Of a stretch of 64,000 nucleotides of DNA, positions 15,902 through 26,916 are shown piece by piece. Made by a program: the position numbers and the translations under genes. The first letter of the stretch is position 1; every line of letters starts with the position of its first letter. Location: assembly GCA_024399535.1 (NCBI GenBank), contig JAKSNU010000001.1, positions 5,628-69,627 on the forward strand, read 5' to 3'. A model generated the notes under the pieces. The model saw only the letters and a list, made by a program, of their open reading frames with translations. It had not been told where the DNA came from and did not search any database. The stretch comes from Paludibacteraceae bacterium. GTDB taxonomy: Bacteria; Bacteroidota; Bacteroidia; Bacteroidales; Paludibacteraceae.

Positions 15902-17775
15902 ATTATAATTTTGCAAGAATAGCGGCAGGAGTACCTTCGATAGTGATGGGAAATCCTGCAGAAAATGCCAAAAGGATATTGGCACAGGCAAAGGAAGCAG
16001 AAGCCAGATGTGCACAGCTCATCTCTTTTCCTGAACTTTCCATAACAGGTTACACCATAGGCGATTTCATGCAGTACCGTGAGTTGCTTGATGGTGCATA
16101 CAATGCCTTAGATTGGCTCTTGGATGAATCAGAAGCACTTGAAATCATAATGGTTGTCGGCATGCCTGTCGAAGCACAGGGAATGCTTTTCAACTGCGGT
16201 GTGGCGATTCACAAAGGCAAGATACTGGCTGTAGTGCCTAAACGTTACATTCCTAATTACGGAGAGTTCGGCGAACGTCGCTGGTTTGCAAATTCCCGCG
16301 AGATACGCAAGACTGAAATTGAATTGGCTGGACGGCGCAACGTGACTTTCGGCGAAGGAATTGTTATAAAGACAAAGGAATTCTCGTTTGGCATTGAGAT
16401 ATGCGAAGACCTCTGGGCACCTCTTCCTCCAAGTTCCGAACTTGCACTACTTGGTGCTGAGGTTATAGTCAACCTCTCAGCTTCAGACGAGTTGCTCAAC
16501 AAGAATGACTACCTAATACAGATGGTTTGCCATCAGACAACCGCTTCACTTTCCGCTTACGTCTATTGCTCTGCAGGCAATGGCGAGTCGTCAACAGACC
16601 TTGTCTTCTGCGGCAAGGCAGGAATTGCAGAATGTGGCGAGATTGTCAGCAAGTCAAAACGTTTCTCGGATGACCCTCAGATAATATATGGCGACATCAA
16701 TATCGACAAGATTCGTGCAATGCGCATGAAAAACACCACTTTCCGTGCGTCTGTAGGCGACATCAAATATCCGCCACGCGAGGTGCTTTGCGAGAACGAC
16801 ATACCAGAATTCAAAGTTGAGAGGAAATTCACTAAGAGTCCGTATTTTGACAACAATGTCCCTATGGACAAACAATGCAGAGAGATGTTCAGCATACAGG
16901 CAACAGGACTTGTCCGCCGCATACGCAACATAGGCGTAAAGAATCTCGTTATCGGCATTTCCGGGGGACTGGACTCTACGTTGGCATTGCTTGTCTGTGC
17001 TGAGGCTTGCGACCGTCTGGGGCTTCCACGCAAAAACATCTATGCAGTGACAATGCCAGGTTACGGCACTTCCGACAGGACTCACAGAAACGCCTTAGAA
17101 ATCATGGAGCAATTGGGCGTTACATCCATGGAAATCAGCATTACTGAAGCATGCGACCTGCATTTCAAACAGATAGGACATGATAAAAATGTACATGACG
17201 TCACTTACGAAAACACTCAGGCACGTCAGCGCACTTTAATACTCATGAACCTTGCGAACAAATACAACGGCATAGTTGTAGGTACAGGCGACCTCAGCGA
17301 ACTTGTGCTCGGCTGGGCAACATACAATGGCGATCAGATGAGCATGTATGGCGTAAACGCAGGTGTGCCTAAGACACTGGTACGCAAGATTGTAGAATAC
17401 GTTGCAGGAAACATGGTAGGCGAAAAGCTCCGCGACAATCTCCTGGACATTGTGGATACTCCGATATCCCCAGAACTCGTTCCTATGGAAGGCGGTCAGG
17501 TGACCGAAGATTTCGTTGGTCCCTACCCTCTTCACGATTTCTTCATGTATTACATGCTGAAATATGGTTTTGGCCGCGACAAGATTGTGATGATGGCAAG
17601 CCTTGCCTTTGCGGATGAATATGACCTTGCGACAATCGAAAAGTGGTACGATGTATTCTTCCGCCGCTTCAAGCACCAGCAGTTCAAACGTTCTTGTATG
17701 CCTGATGGTCCTAAGGTAGTTTCCATCGGTGTCTCGCCAAGAGGTGACTTAAGATTACCAAGTGATTTAAAGTAA
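15898..17775 (+). CDS. nadE: Glutamine-dependent NAD+ synthetase
   Basis: 625 aa with an N-terminal CN-hydrolase domain (FPELSITGY, EICEDLW) and a C-terminal NAD synthase domain with ISGGLDS. Confidence 0.9.
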   Translation: MNYNFARIAAGVPSIVMGNPAENAKRILAQAKEAEARCAQLISFPELSITGYTIGDFMQYRELLDGAYNALDWLLDESEALEIIMVVGMPVEAQGMLFNCGVAIHKGKILAVVPKRYIPNYGEFGERRWFANSREIRKTEIELAGRRNVTFGEGIVIKTKEFSFGIEICEDLWAPLPPSSELALLGAEVIVNLSASDELLNKNDYLIQMVCHQTTASLSAYVYCSAGNGESSTDLVFCGKAGIAECGEIVSKSKRFSDDPQIIYGDINIDKIRAMRMKNTTFRASVGDIKYPPREVLCENDIPEFKVERKFTKSPYFDNNVPMDKQCREMFSIQATGLVRRIRNIGVKNLVIGISGGLDSTLALLVCAEACDRLGLPRKNIYAVTMPGYGTSDRTHRNALEIMEQLGVTSMEISITEACDLHFKQIGHDKNVHDVTYENTQARQRTLILMNLANKYNGIVVGTGDLSELVLGWATYNGDQMSMYGVNAGVPKTLVRKIVEYVAGNMVGEKLRDNLLDIVDTPISPELVPMEGGQVTEDFVGPYPLHDFFMYYMLKYGFGRDKIVMMASLAFADEYDLATIEKWYDVFFRRFKHQQFKRSCMPDGPKVVSIGVSPRGDLRLPSDLK

Positions 17776-17787
17776 AAAACCAAAAAT

Positions 17788-18678
17788 ATGGAAGAGAGAA
17801 TAAAAAAACAGAAAGCATCATTCTTTAACCTGCATATGACATCCAACATAAGCATCGCCTTAGTGCTGTTTATGGTAGGACTCATAACATGGTTGCTGAA
17901 GTCAACCTCTGAATTCGCCAATCAGACAAAAGAGAACATGTGGATTACTATAATGCTCGACGACAGCATCAGCCAGCAGAATCTTGAACGACTTGACAAT
18001 TATCTAAAGACAGCCGATTTCGTACATTCTACAAAATACATCAGCAAGGACAGTGCACTGCAAGATTTGGTAACATTGTTAGGAGAAGACCCTACTGTTT
18101 TGTTAGGTACAAACCCAGTCAATGCAACATACGATGTAAGACTGAAACAAAAATATGCGAACGCCAATAGCATTAAAGACGAGGTGATACCGAAAGTCAA
18201 AGCATTCCAAGGAGTTACTGACGTGATATGCGAATATGACATTGTCAAATCAGTTGACAAAAACGTAAACAAACTCATGTGGCTATTGACTTCGACAGTA
18301 CTTGTACTTCTATTCATCTCAGTTGTCCTCATCAACAACACAATAAGACTGACAATATATTCTAAAAGGTTCATCATCAACACTATGAAACTTGTTGGAG
18401 CAAAAGATTCGTTCATACGTGCGCCATTCGTCAAACGGTCGCTTATCAATGCTGTCATAGGTGCAATCATAGGTTTCCTTCTGTTGATGGGAATTATATG
18501 GTTCATACAAGCACAAATGAACGGATACACAAATTTCAGCGAAATGTTCAATCCAAATGTTATGATACCTGTAGGAGCAGTGATGATAGCAGTCAGTGTG
18601 GTTATTAACCTTTTTGCAACATTGTTTGCTGTAAACAGGTATCTGAGAATGTCATCAGACAAAATGTACTTTGTATAA
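17788..18678 (+). CDS. ftsX: Cell-division permease-like protein FtsX
   Basis: 296 aa with an N-terminal TM, a periplasmic domain and three C-terminal TMs with an FtsX-like pattern (MKLVGAKDSFIRAPF). Confidence 0.7.
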   Translation: MEERIKKQKASFFNLHMTSNISIALVLFMVGLITWLLKSTSEFANQTKENMWITIMLDDSISQQNLERLDNYLKTADFVHSTKYISKDSALQDLVTLLGEDPTVLLGTNPVNATYDVRLKQKYANANSIKDEVIPKVKAFQGVTDVICEYDIVKSVDKNVNKLMWLLTSTVLVLLFISVVLINNTIRLTIYSKRFIINTMKLVGAKDSFIRAPFVKRSLINAVIGAIIGFLLLMGIIWFIQAQMNGYTNFSEMFNPNVMIPVGAVMIAVSVVINLFATLFAVNRYLRMSSDKMYFV

Positions 18679-18698
18679 TATACTAAAAACTATATATT

Positions 18699-20759
18699 AT
18701 GATTTCTGAAAAACTTTTGAATCCTAAAAGCATTGCAGTAATCGGTGCTTCAAAGGATGTTACAAAGCCTGGCGGAAAGTTGCTCAAGAACCTCTTGGAC
18801 AGCAATTTCAAAGGTCAGATTTATGTCGTAAACCCTAAAGAGGAGGAAATCCAGGGTATCAAATGCTGCAAGCAGGTTGAAGACCTTCCACAGGTTGACT
18901 GCGCTTTGATGGCAATTGCCGCTAAATTCTGTCTCCACACAGTTGACGTACTTGCAAACCAGAAAGGTTGCGGTGGTTATGTAATCATCTCAGCTGGTTT
19001 TGGCGAGGAGAGTCATGAAGGTGGCGAAATCGAGAAGCAGATGGTCGAAATGATTCGCAAAACTGGCGGTTCGCTCATCGGTCCTAACTGCACAGGTTTC
19101 CTCAACGTAAACTACACAGGTGCTTTCGATGCTCCTATTCCTCAACTCGACCCTATGGGTGTTGACTTCGTTACAGGTTCAGGTGCTACTGCTGTATTTA
19201 TCAAGGAGATTGGTATGACCAACGGTTTGCACTTCAACTCAGTATGGGCTGTAGGAAACTCTGCTCAGATAGGTATCGAGGACGTTCTTGAATATTGGGA
19301 CGAGACATACGTTCCTGGCAAATCATCTTACGTCAAGATGATTTACATGGAGAAGATTGGCAACCCTGAAAAGCTCCTGAAACACGCATCTTCTTTGATT
19401 CGCAAGGGCTGTAAGATTGCTGCCATCAAGTCTGGTTGCTCATCTGCAGGTTCACGTGCTGCTTCTTCTCATACTGGCGCCCTCGCAACTTCAGACGTTG
19501 CTGTTGACGCACTCTTCCGCAAGGCAGGTATCGTCCGCTGCTCCAACCGTCAGGAGTTGGTAACAGTATGCTGCATCTTCATGCACCCAGAGATGAAGGG
19601 CAAGAACATGGCTGTCATCACACACGCCGGTGGTCCTGCCGTAATGCTCACTGATACATTGTCTAATAATGGTCTTGACGTTCCTGCCATCAAAGGTGAG
19701 AAGGCTCAAGCACTGCTCGGCAAACTCTTTGCAGGTTCTTCGGTAGGCAACCCTATTGACTTCCTTGCAACAGGTACTGCCCAGCAACTTGCTGACATCA
19801 TCGACGCTTGTGAGAATGATTTCGACAATATCGACGCTATGTGCGTAATCTTCGGTTCTCCAGGTCTCTTCCGCAACTGGGAGGTTTATGACGTACTCGA
19901 CCAGAAGATGAAGACTTGCAAGAAACCTATCTTCCCTATCCTTCCTTCTATCATCAACGTTAAGGAGGAGATTGACGACTTCATCCAGAACAAACACCGC
20001 ATCAACTTCAGCGAGGAGTGTGTATTCGGTAATGCCCTCTGCAAGGTGATGAACACACCAAAACCTCAGCCAGAGGTTCTTGACATGCCAGAGATAGACG
20101 TAAAGGCTATCCGCAATGTTATAGAGAATGCAAAGGATGGTTATCTCTCACTTGACGAGATAAACAAACTCCTTGATGCAGCAGGTATCGACCGCAAGCG
20201 GAATGCTGAAGTAAAGACCCGCGAAGAGGCTCTGAAAGTTGCTGGTGAATTTGGTTTCCCATTAGTATTGAAGGTTTGCGGACCTGTACACAAATCTGAC
20301 GTCGGTGGCGTTGTACTCAACGTAAATGACATGGAGACTGTAGGCCGTGAGTTCGACCGTCTCATAAAGATTAAAGACACTTACGCTGTAGAGCTTTGCC
20401 CAATGTACCATGGTACAGAGGTATTCATCGGAGCATCAAAGGAGGCTAAGTTCGGTCATCAGGTGCTTTGCGGTCTTGGCGGTATCTTCATCGAGGTACT
20501 CAAGGATGTCAAAGCTTCCCTTGCACCAATCAGCACTGACGAGGCACACAGCATGATTCGCAGTCTTCGCAGCTACAAGATTATCCAAGGCGTACGTGGT
20601 CAGGAGCCAGTAAACGAGGATAAATTTGCCGAAGCTGTATCACGTGTTTCTGCTCTGGTTAAGGCTGCTCCGGAGATTGCAGAGATGGACCTCAACCCAC
20701 TGCTTGGCTCAGCTGAGCGTGTTGTGGCTGTTGATGCACGTATCAGAGTACAGAAATAA
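18699..20759 (+). CDS. ADP-forming acetyl-CoA synthetase family protein (CoA-binding + ligase-CoA + ATP-grasp domains)
   Basis: 686 aa with IAVIGASKDVTKPGG, GPNCTGF and a C-terminal ATP-grasp (LKVCGPVHKSDVGGV). Confidence 0.85.
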   Translation: MISEKLLNPKSIAVIGASKDVTKPGGKLLKNLLDSNFKGQIYVVNPKEEEIQGIKCCKQVEDLPQVDCALMAIAAKFCLHTVDVLANQKGCGGYVIISAGFGEESHEGGEIEKQMVEMIRKTGGSLIGPNCTGFLNVNYTGAFDAPIPQLDPMGVDFVTGSGATAVFIKEIGMTNGLHFNSVWAVGNSAQIGIEDVLEYWDETYVPGKSSYVKMIYMEKIGNPEKLLKHASSLIRKGCKIAAIKSGCSSAGSRAASSHTGALATSDVAVDALFRKAGIVRCSNRQELVTVCCIFMHPEMKGKNMAVITHAGGPAVMLTDTLSNNGLDVPAIKGEKAQALLGKLFAGSSVGNPIDFLATGTAQQLADIIDACENDFDNIDAMCVIFGSPGLFRNWEVYDVLDQKMKTCKKPIFPILPSIINVKEEIDDFIQNKHRINFSEECVFGNALCKVMNTPKPQPEVLDMPEIDVKAIRNVIENAKDGYLSLDEINKLLDAAGIDRKRNAEVKTREEALKVAGEFGFPLVLKVCGPVHKSDVGGVVLNVNDMETVGREFDRLIKIKDTYAVELCPMYHGTEVFIGASKEAKFGHQVLCGLGGIFIEVLKDVKASLAPISTDEAHSMIRSLRSYKIIQGVRGQEPVNEDKFAEAVSRVSALVKAAPEIAEMDLNPLLGSAERVVAVDARIRVQK

Positions 20760-20784
20760 GTGGTCTTGTACCGCAACTCTATAG

Positions 20785-20829
20785 ATAAACAAATGAGGTC
20801 ATAAAATATTTATGGCCTCATTTGTTTAT
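20785..20829. terminator. Unusually long hairpin (21-bp stem, 3-nt loop) downstream of the acetyl-CoA synthetase gene
   Basis: ATAAACAAATGAGGTCATAAA / TTTATGGCCTCATTTGTTTAT with a single T:G position. The T-rich run lies within the 3' arm. Confidence 0.55.
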
Positions 20830-20939
20830 AGAAATACATTTAAAACAATATGTACAAACCAAAATCTTAAAAGAGAATCGTATAAAAAAACAGGGAAAAT
20901 TTTATAAAGAAAAGATTTGGTGGAATGAAAAAATCTTCG

Positions 20940-20947
20940 TAACTTTG
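20940..20947 (+). promoter_or_regulatory. -7 box TAACTTTG (extended GTAACTTTGCAGCG) for tnaA
   Basis: Motif 48 nt upstream of the ATG at 20995. Confidence 0.55.
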
Positions 20948-20994
20948 CAGCGTTTGAATATCTAACACAACGAACTAATTAAAAATAAAAAATT

Positions 20995-22374
20995 ATGGAA
21001 TTACCTTTTGCTGAATCTTGGAAAATCAAGATGGTAGAGCCTATCAAAAAGTCAACCCGCGAAGAGCGTGAGCAGTGGCTTGAAGAGGCTAAAAACAACA
21101 TTTTCATGTTGAAGTCTGACCATGTTTACATTGACCTTTGTACCGACTCTGGTACAGGCGCAATGTCTGACCGTCAGTGGAGTGCAATGATGCTTGGTGA
21201 CGAAAGCTATGCAGGTGCTCGCAGTTTCTTCCATTTCAAAGATACTGTAACTGACATCACAGGCTTCCCATTCGTTATCCCTACTCACCAAGGTCGTGCT
21301 GCTGAGAACGTATTCTTCAGCGCAATCCTTGACCATGATGGTTATGTAGTTCCAGGAAATGCTCACTTCGATACTACCAAAGGTCATATTGAGTTCCGCA
21401 AATGTAAAGCTATTGACGTTACTACTCCTAAAGCTAAAGACACTCAGCTTGAGGACCCATTCAAAGGTAATGTTGACCTCGAGAAATTGGAGCAGGTTTT
21501 AAAAGAGAACAAGGGCAATGTTCCTGTAATGATTCTCACAGTAACCAACAACACAGTAGGTGGTCAGCCTGTTTCAATGGAGAACATCAAGGCTACTTGC
21601 GCTCTCTGCCACAAATATGGTGTACGCGTAAATATGGACTCTGCTCGTTTCATTGAGAATGCTTACTTCATCAAGACTCGTGAAAAAGGTTATGAGAACA
21701 AAACCATCGCTGAAATCGCTAAAGAAATGTTTGCTGATGCTGACTCTATGACAATGTCTGCAAAGAAAGACGGTCTCGTAAACATGGGTGGTTTCTTCGC
21801 TACGAAACAGGAAGATTGGTTCGAAGCTTGCAAACGCTTCTGTATTCCATTTGAGGGCTTCTTGACATACGGTGGTATGAACGGTCGTGATATGGATGCT
21901 CTTGCTGTAGGTCTTCGCGAGAACCTTGAGTTCGGCATGATCGAGACTCGTATCAAACAGGTTGAGTATCTTGCAAAGAAACTTGATGAATACGGAATTC
22001 CTTATCAGCGTCCTGCAGGTGGTCACGCTATCTTCGTTGATGCTGACAAGATTTTGACTAACGTTCCTAAGGAGGAGTTCCCTGCACAGACCCTTACTTG
22101 CGAACTCTATCTTGAGGCAGGTATCCGTGCATGCGAAATCGGTTATGTATTGGCTGACCGTGACCCTGTTACACGTCAGAACCGTTTTGGCGGTCTCGAC
22201 TTCGTTCGTCTCTGCATTCCAAGACGTGTTTATACAAACAACCACATGGATGTAATCGCTGCTGCATTGAAGAACGTTTACGATCGTCGCGAATCTATCA
22301 AGCGTGGTCTTGAAATCACTTGGGAGGCTCCTCTCATGCGTCACTTCACTTGCCAGTTCAAGCGTTTGAAATAA
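20995..22374 (+). CDS. tnaA: Tryptophanase / tyrosine phenol-lyase family beta-eliminating lyase (tryptophanase most likely)
   Basis: 459 aa with DLCTDSGTGAMSDRQW, PTHQGRAAE, SAKKDGLVNMGGF (PLP Lys region) and RLCIPRRVYT. Confidence 0.85.
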   Translation: MELPFAESWKIKMVEPIKKSTREEREQWLEEAKNNIFMLKSDHVYIDLCTDSGTGAMSDRQWSAMMLGDESYAGARSFFHFKDTVTDITGFPFVIPTHQGRAAENVFFSAILDHDGYVVPGNAHFDTTKGHIEFRKCKAIDVTTPKAKDTQLEDPFKGNVDLEKLEQVLKENKGNVPVMILTVTNNTVGGQPVSMENIKATCALCHKYGVRVNMDSARFIENAYFIKTREKGYENKTIAEIAKEMFADADSMTMSAKKDGLVNMGGFFATKQEDWFEACKRFCIPFEGFLTYGGMNGRDMDALAVGLRENLEFGMIETRIKQVEYLAKKLDEYGIPYQRPAGGHAIFVDADKILTNVPKEEFPAQTLTCELYLEAGIRACEIGYVLADRDPVTRQNRFGGLDFVRLCIPRRVYTNNHMDVIAAALKNVYDRRESIKRGLEITWEAPLMRHFTCQFKRLK

Positions 22375-22389
22375 TTATGTAACATCTTT

Positions 22390-22428
22390 AGGCATCCCCC
22401 TCATATAATAGGGGGAATGCCTTTTTTT
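22390..22428 (+). terminator. tnaA intrinsic terminator
   Basis: AGGCATCCCCCT / AGGGGGAATGCCT stem with a one-nt bulge, followed by T7. Confidence 0.75.
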
Positions 22429-22454
22429 ATAAACAACTCTACAAACAACAGATT

Positions 22455-22901
22455 ATGAAAGTCAAGGTTGTGAACAACTCAGACAACGAAATGCCAAGAT
22501 ATGCTACCGAAGGAGCAGCAGGAATGGATTTGAGAGCATTTCTGAAGGAAGAGGTAGTACTAAAACCATTCGAAAGAAGGCTTATCCCTACAGGACTCAA
22601 AATAGAACTGCCAATAGGTTACGAAGCTCAGATACGTCCGAGATCAGGATTAGCATTGAAACATGGCATCACCGTACTGAACACACCTGGAACAATAGAT
22701 GCAGACTACAGAGGAGAAATAGGAGTAATACTAATCAACCTCGGCAGTGAGGAATTTACGGTAAAGAATGGAGAGAGAATATGCCAAATGGTAATAGCAA
22801 AACACGAAACAGCCGAGATTATTAACGTTGAGGAATTAGGTACAACCGAAAGAGGAGAAGGCGGATTCGGACACACAGGTACTGGAGAGATAAAGGGATG
22901 A
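22455..22901 (+). CDS. dut: dUTP diphosphatase
   Basis: 148 aa with [28 protein letters not shown] and [10 protein letters not shown]. Confidence 0.9.
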   Translation: MKVKVVNNSDNEMPRYATEGAAGMDLRAFLKEEVVLKPFERRLIPTGLKIELPIGYEAQIRPRSGLALKHGITVLNTPGTIDADYRGEIGVILINLGSEEFTVKNGERICQMVIAKHETAEIINVEELGTTERGEGGFGHTGTGEIKG

Positions 22902-24814
22902 AAAAAATATTGACAATATTGACCGCAATAATAGTGGGAATCCAAATTTCCACAGAGACATTATATGCCAGAATGGCTGAAGAGGACACAATTGTCAAAT
23001 GGAAAAATTTAATCATTGCAAAAGAAAAAGCAGGCAGAGAGATGAGAGATTCTGCCTTAAGAGATGAGGCTAAGAGAGCAAACCTTAGTAGTGAGACATT
23101 GGCAGACAGAATAACAGACTATTACATAGAGGGATTACGATACAAAGAACTATGGACTACAGACAATAACGGAATAACAGAGATAAACAATGCTTTAGAA
23201 AATTTCAACCATTCGATAGAATTACAAGACTCAAACAAAATTCCATATCCTGAAACATACGCAGCATGTTTCTACCATATGTCGGACATATACATTTCGT
23301 TGAGAAGAGCGAACGAAGCGTTCTATTGTGCAGATAAAGCACACAAATACAGCCCAGACAACGAACAATACGCTGCAACATTGGGATGGCTGTATTCACA
23401 CGGCAATACCATAGCATTAAAGGAGAAAGCAATAAAAATATACGAAATACTATCCAAAAAATATCCAAAAAATAGCGTTTATCATTTAGACTTAGTACAG
23501 CTTTATGCAGAAGTGGGGAAACCTGACAAAGCCTTCAAACAGATTAAAATATATGAGAAGGAGAACGAAGAATCGCTAATGACCCTCACATATAAGCTAA
23601 ACATATTGTATGGTTCAGGCAAATCGAAACAGGCAATGAAAGAGATAGATGATTTTGCGGAGAGAAATCCAATGGAGAAGGGGAATGCTCTAATAATGAA
23701 AGAAAGACTCGCAGGTATGATTGGAGACAACGTGCTGAGGATTGAAATACTTGAAAATATTATCGCCGAAAATCCCTATAACGTAGATGCATTGGTAGAT
23801 ATAGCAGACTACTATAAATCATTGGACAACTACGAATTGTTTGAAGAATACACAAAAAGAGCCATTGAAACAGGGAAACTGAGGTTGGAGACAATGGAGA
23901 TGAACGAAAGGCTGACACCACTCGTGATAAACAAACTTGAGAAAGGCGATACAGCAGGGGCATATTCGATTTTAGATACTATCCAAAGCATTTATAGAAA
24001 CGACCTCAATGTAGCAATATACACTTATAACGTCGTCAAACAACTTAAAGATACGGCAAAAATGATAAAAACATTAGAGATAATATCTAATGTAGAAGAC
24101 AACATAGGTTCGGAAGACGACCAGCACAAACGCGAGTTGTTGTCATTGTATTTTGTCAAACAAATGAACGATAGCGCAATCTCATATTCTGAAAGACAAA
24201 GCGAGATATACAAGGAAAACGATATGTGGAAGTACTTTGTCGTATTGGCATTATCGAGTGACACAGCACATCAAGAAAGAGTGATAAAAAAGGCAAAAGA
24301 GGTATTGGTGCCGATGAAAAACAAATTTGCAAAGAGCGAAATTTACGGTATGCTCGGCATAGCATATATAAAACAAGAAGATTCAATTAAATCAAGAGCG
24401 GCATACGACAGCGCTTTGGTATATAACAACGAAAATGCACTCGTGCTGAACAATTATGCTTACGAGTTAGCTACAGCTGAAGGAGCAAGCGAGGAAGACC
24501 TTGCAAAAGCTGAAACAATGGCAGCTAAAGCTATGAGAATAGATTCCAAATCAGCATATATAATAGATACTTACGCATGGATTTTGCATCTCAGGGGTGA
24601 CAACTTCGCCGCACGAATGTATGCTGACAAATTGGTTAAAGCATCAAAAGATTCCAATGCAGAGATGTCAATTGACGAAATGTATCACATTTACGTTATT
24701 TACAAAGCAACGGAAAATGAAAATGCGGTTGAATGGCTCGAAAAAATCAGAAAGGAATATAACAAAGACCCAGAAAAGGTTAACAACAAAGAGATAAAAG
24801 AAATACTGAAATGA
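22898..24814 (+). CDS. TPR-repeat protein
   Basis: 638 aa with a signal-like N-terminus and repeated helical A/Y/L-rich 34-aa-like units. This is the conserved dut-TPR-DUF4292-M23 arrangement. Confidence 0.55.
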   Translation: MKKILTILTAIIVGIQISTETLYARMAEEDTIVKWKNLIIAKEKAGREMRDSALRDEAKRANLSSETLADRITDYYIEGLRYKELWTTDNNGITEINNALENFNHSIELQDSNKIPYPETYAACFYHMSDIYISLRRANEAFYCADKAHKYSPDNEQYAATLGWLYSHGNTIALKEKAIKIYEILSKKYPKNSVYHLDLVQLYAEVGKPDKAFKQIKIYEKENEESLMTLTYKLNILYGSGKSKQAMKEIDDFAERNPMEKGNALIMKERLAGMIGDNVLRIEILENIIAENPYNVDALVDIADYYKSLDNYELFEEYTKRAIETGKLRLETMEMNERLTPLVINKLEKGDTAGAYSILDTIQSIYRNDLNVAIYTYNVVKQLKDTAKMIKTLEIISNVEDNIGSEDDQHKRELLSLYFVKQMNDSAISYSERQSEIYKENDMWKYFVVLALSSDTAHQERVIKKAKEVLVPMKNKFAKSEIYGMLGIAYIKQEDSIKSRAAYDSALVYNNENALVLNNYAYELATAEGASEEDLAKAETMAAKAMRIDSKSAYIIDTYAWILHLRGDNFAARMYADKLVKASKDSNAEMSIDEMYHIYVIYKATENENAVEWLEKIRKEYNKDPEKVNNKEIKEILK

Positions 24815-25641
24815 AAAAAGCATTTGGAGTCATAGTGATTTTACTCATTTTTGTTTCTTGCTCATTGCAAAAACGAAAGGCACAGGCAATAGAACCAATT
24901 AAAGATTCTGTCAATATATCAGCCATAGATATTGTCACACGGGCAATCAAAGCAGAACAAAAAATTAAGACAATGAACATGTCGAAATTCGACATGCAGG
25001 TGCAATTAGGCGAGGCAAGATATGTATTACATGGAGCAATGACAATGCAAAAAGATTCGTTGGTTTCAATCAAACTACAACCTATGATAGGAATAGAAGT
25101 TTTCAGATTAGAATTCTTCAAAGATAAATTCGTAGTATATGACAAAATGAACCATACATACAGCGAATCGCCTTACGAAATACTGCTCTATGAACTCGGA
25201 ATAGACATTAATTTCCAAACGGTTCAATCAATAGTCACACACACTTGGAATATGACAGATGTAGAGAAACAAGATTCAACATTCATAGCACAAAAATACC
25301 ATTACGAGACACAGACTGACTCTACATACATATTGTTTGGCAACATAAATGTAAATAACTACGTAACATATGCAGAGGTTACGAAGAATAATTTCGAGAT
25401 AAAAACAGTCGGATATGCAAAAAAAAGAAATCTCATACACTATGTAGATTATAGCGACAACAAAATGGTCAAAAAGATACTGTTTCCACACAACATAAAG
25501 ATAGACCTTGACCATAATAAATTCTATTTCACAGCAAACATTACAGTTGAAAAGGTAATATTCAACGAAGAGATAACCAAATCGACAATAAATACCGAGA
25601 AATACAAAAGAGTGCCACTTAATTCATATTTTGAATTATGA
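24811..25641 (+). CDS. Lipoprotein, DUF4292-like
   Basis: 276 aa with lipobox LIFVSC. Position between the TPR and M23 genes is as in other Bacteroidetes. The family call is from memory. Confidence 0.45.
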   Translation: MKKAFGVIVILLIFVSCSLQKRKAQAIEPIKDSVNISAIDIVTRAIKAEQKIKTMNMSKFDMQVQLGEARYVLHGAMTMQKDSLVSIKLQPMIGIEVFRLEFFKDKFVVYDKMNHTYSESPYEILLYELGIDINFQTVQSIVTHTWNMTDVEKQDSTFIAQKYHYETQTDSTYILFGNINVNNYVTYAEVTKNNFEIKTVGYAKKRNLIHYVDYSDNKMVKKILFPHNIKIDLDHNKFYFTANITVEKVIFNEEITKSTINTEKYKRVPLNSYFEL

Positions 25642-26891
25642 AGATAAAAACTATTGCTATATTGCTGATGATCACGCTTGCAACAGTGGGAAGTTACGGA
25701 CAGACCAGAAGCCAGTTGGAGAAAAAGAAAAAAAAACTCAATAGCGAGATGCAGACAACCCAAAAGATGATCAAGCAGACCGAGAAATCGAGGAAAGGTG
25801 CTGAGAACAAATTGTTGCTCACCAAACAGAGCATCAAACAAGGACAAGAATACATCAACCTTTTGAATTCTGAGATTACCGTATTAGACAAAGATATAGA
25901 CTCAATAAAAACAGCTAAAGACGATTATACAGACAGGTTAGAGCAACTCAGACGGGAATATGCAGCAAACATTAAAATGCTTTATAGGCAATCCAAAAGA
26001 AATTCAATGACGGAAATAATGTTTATCATCTCGGCTGACAATCTTAACCAAGGGATAAGAAGATTCAGATACCTGCAACAGTTATCAACAAAAAGAAAAG
26101 CCAAAGCCATTGAAATTGGGGTTATTACAGATTCACTCGCTTCAAAAGAGACACAACTCACAGAAAACAAAATGATGAAAGAACAAGCTATGAGCGAACG
26201 TGAAGCACTGCAAAAAAAGCTGGAAACACAACAAAAAAGTCAAAACAAACAGCTCAATTCACTCAAGAAAAAAGAAAACGAACTGAAAAAGAAACAAAAA
26301 GAACAACAAGCGCAAATCAACAAACTAAACAAAAAAATACAAGAAGCGATAGAAGCCGAGATAGCTGCTCAAAAGAAAAAACAAGAAGAGGCAGCAAAAA
26401 AGGCGGGAAGCAGCAAAACTACTACCCCATCATCAAATAATACATATGCACTGAGCAAAGAAGAAAAATTGATAGCTGGAAATTTCGAAGCCAACAGAGG
26501 AAAACTCCCAAGGCCTGTCGAACGAGGTAATATCACTGGACACTTCGGAGTTCACCCTCACCCATATTTAGACCAAGTCAGTGTAAACAACAAAGGGATA
26601 TACATTCAGTCGCCAGCAGAAACAGAAGCAAGAGCAGTATTCGAAGGTGTAGTGACAAGCATATTTATGCTGCAAGGTGCAAACCAATCAGTCATTATCA
26701 GGCATGGAAACTACTCTACTGTATATAACAACCTATCAAGTGTTTATGTGAAAAAAGGCGACAAAGTGACAGCAAGACAAAAAATAGGAAAGATATTTAC
26801 TGACGCTGAGAACGGAAACAAGACAGAGTTATATTTCTTGATATACAAAGACAGACAATGCCTAAATCCAGAGGCATGGCTTGCGAAATAA
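25638..26891 (+). CDS. Coiled-coil M23 peptidase / murein hydrolase activator (EnvC-like)
   Basis: 417 aa with a long K/Q/E-rich coiled coil and a C-terminal M23 domain (IIRHGNYSTVYNNLSSVYVKKGDKV). Confidence 0.8.
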   Translation: MKIKTIAILLMITLATVGSYGQTRSQLEKKKKKLNSEMQTTQKMIKQTEKSRKGAENKLLLTKQSIKQGQEYINLLNSEITVLDKDIDSIKTAKDDYTDRLEQLRREYAANIKMLYRQSKRNSMTEIMFIISADNLNQGIRRFRYLQQLSTKRKAKAIEIGVITDSLASKETQLTENKMMKEQAMSEREALQKKLETQQKSQNKQLNSLKKKENELKKKQKEQQAQINKLNKKIQEAIEAEIAAQKKKQEEAAKKAGSSKTTTPSSNNTYALSKEEKLIAGNFEANRGKLPRPVERGNITGHFGVHPHPYLDQVSVNNKGIYIQSPAETEARAVFEGVVTSIFMLQGANQSVIIRHGNYSTVYNNLSSVYVKKGDKVTARQKIGKIFTDAENGNKTELYFLIYKDRQCLNPEAWLAK

Positions 26892-26916
26892 ATAAATAAA
26901 CAAACAAAATAAAACT

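Noticed and set aside
21574-22344. 256-aa minus-strand ORF inside tnaA. Similar long antisense ORFs occur at 18000..18662, 30432..31166, 46840..47583 and 56578..57144.
   Set aside because: Each lies wholly inside a strongly supported gene on the other strand, has no recognisable domains, and has no promoter motif. These are treated as shadow ORFs.
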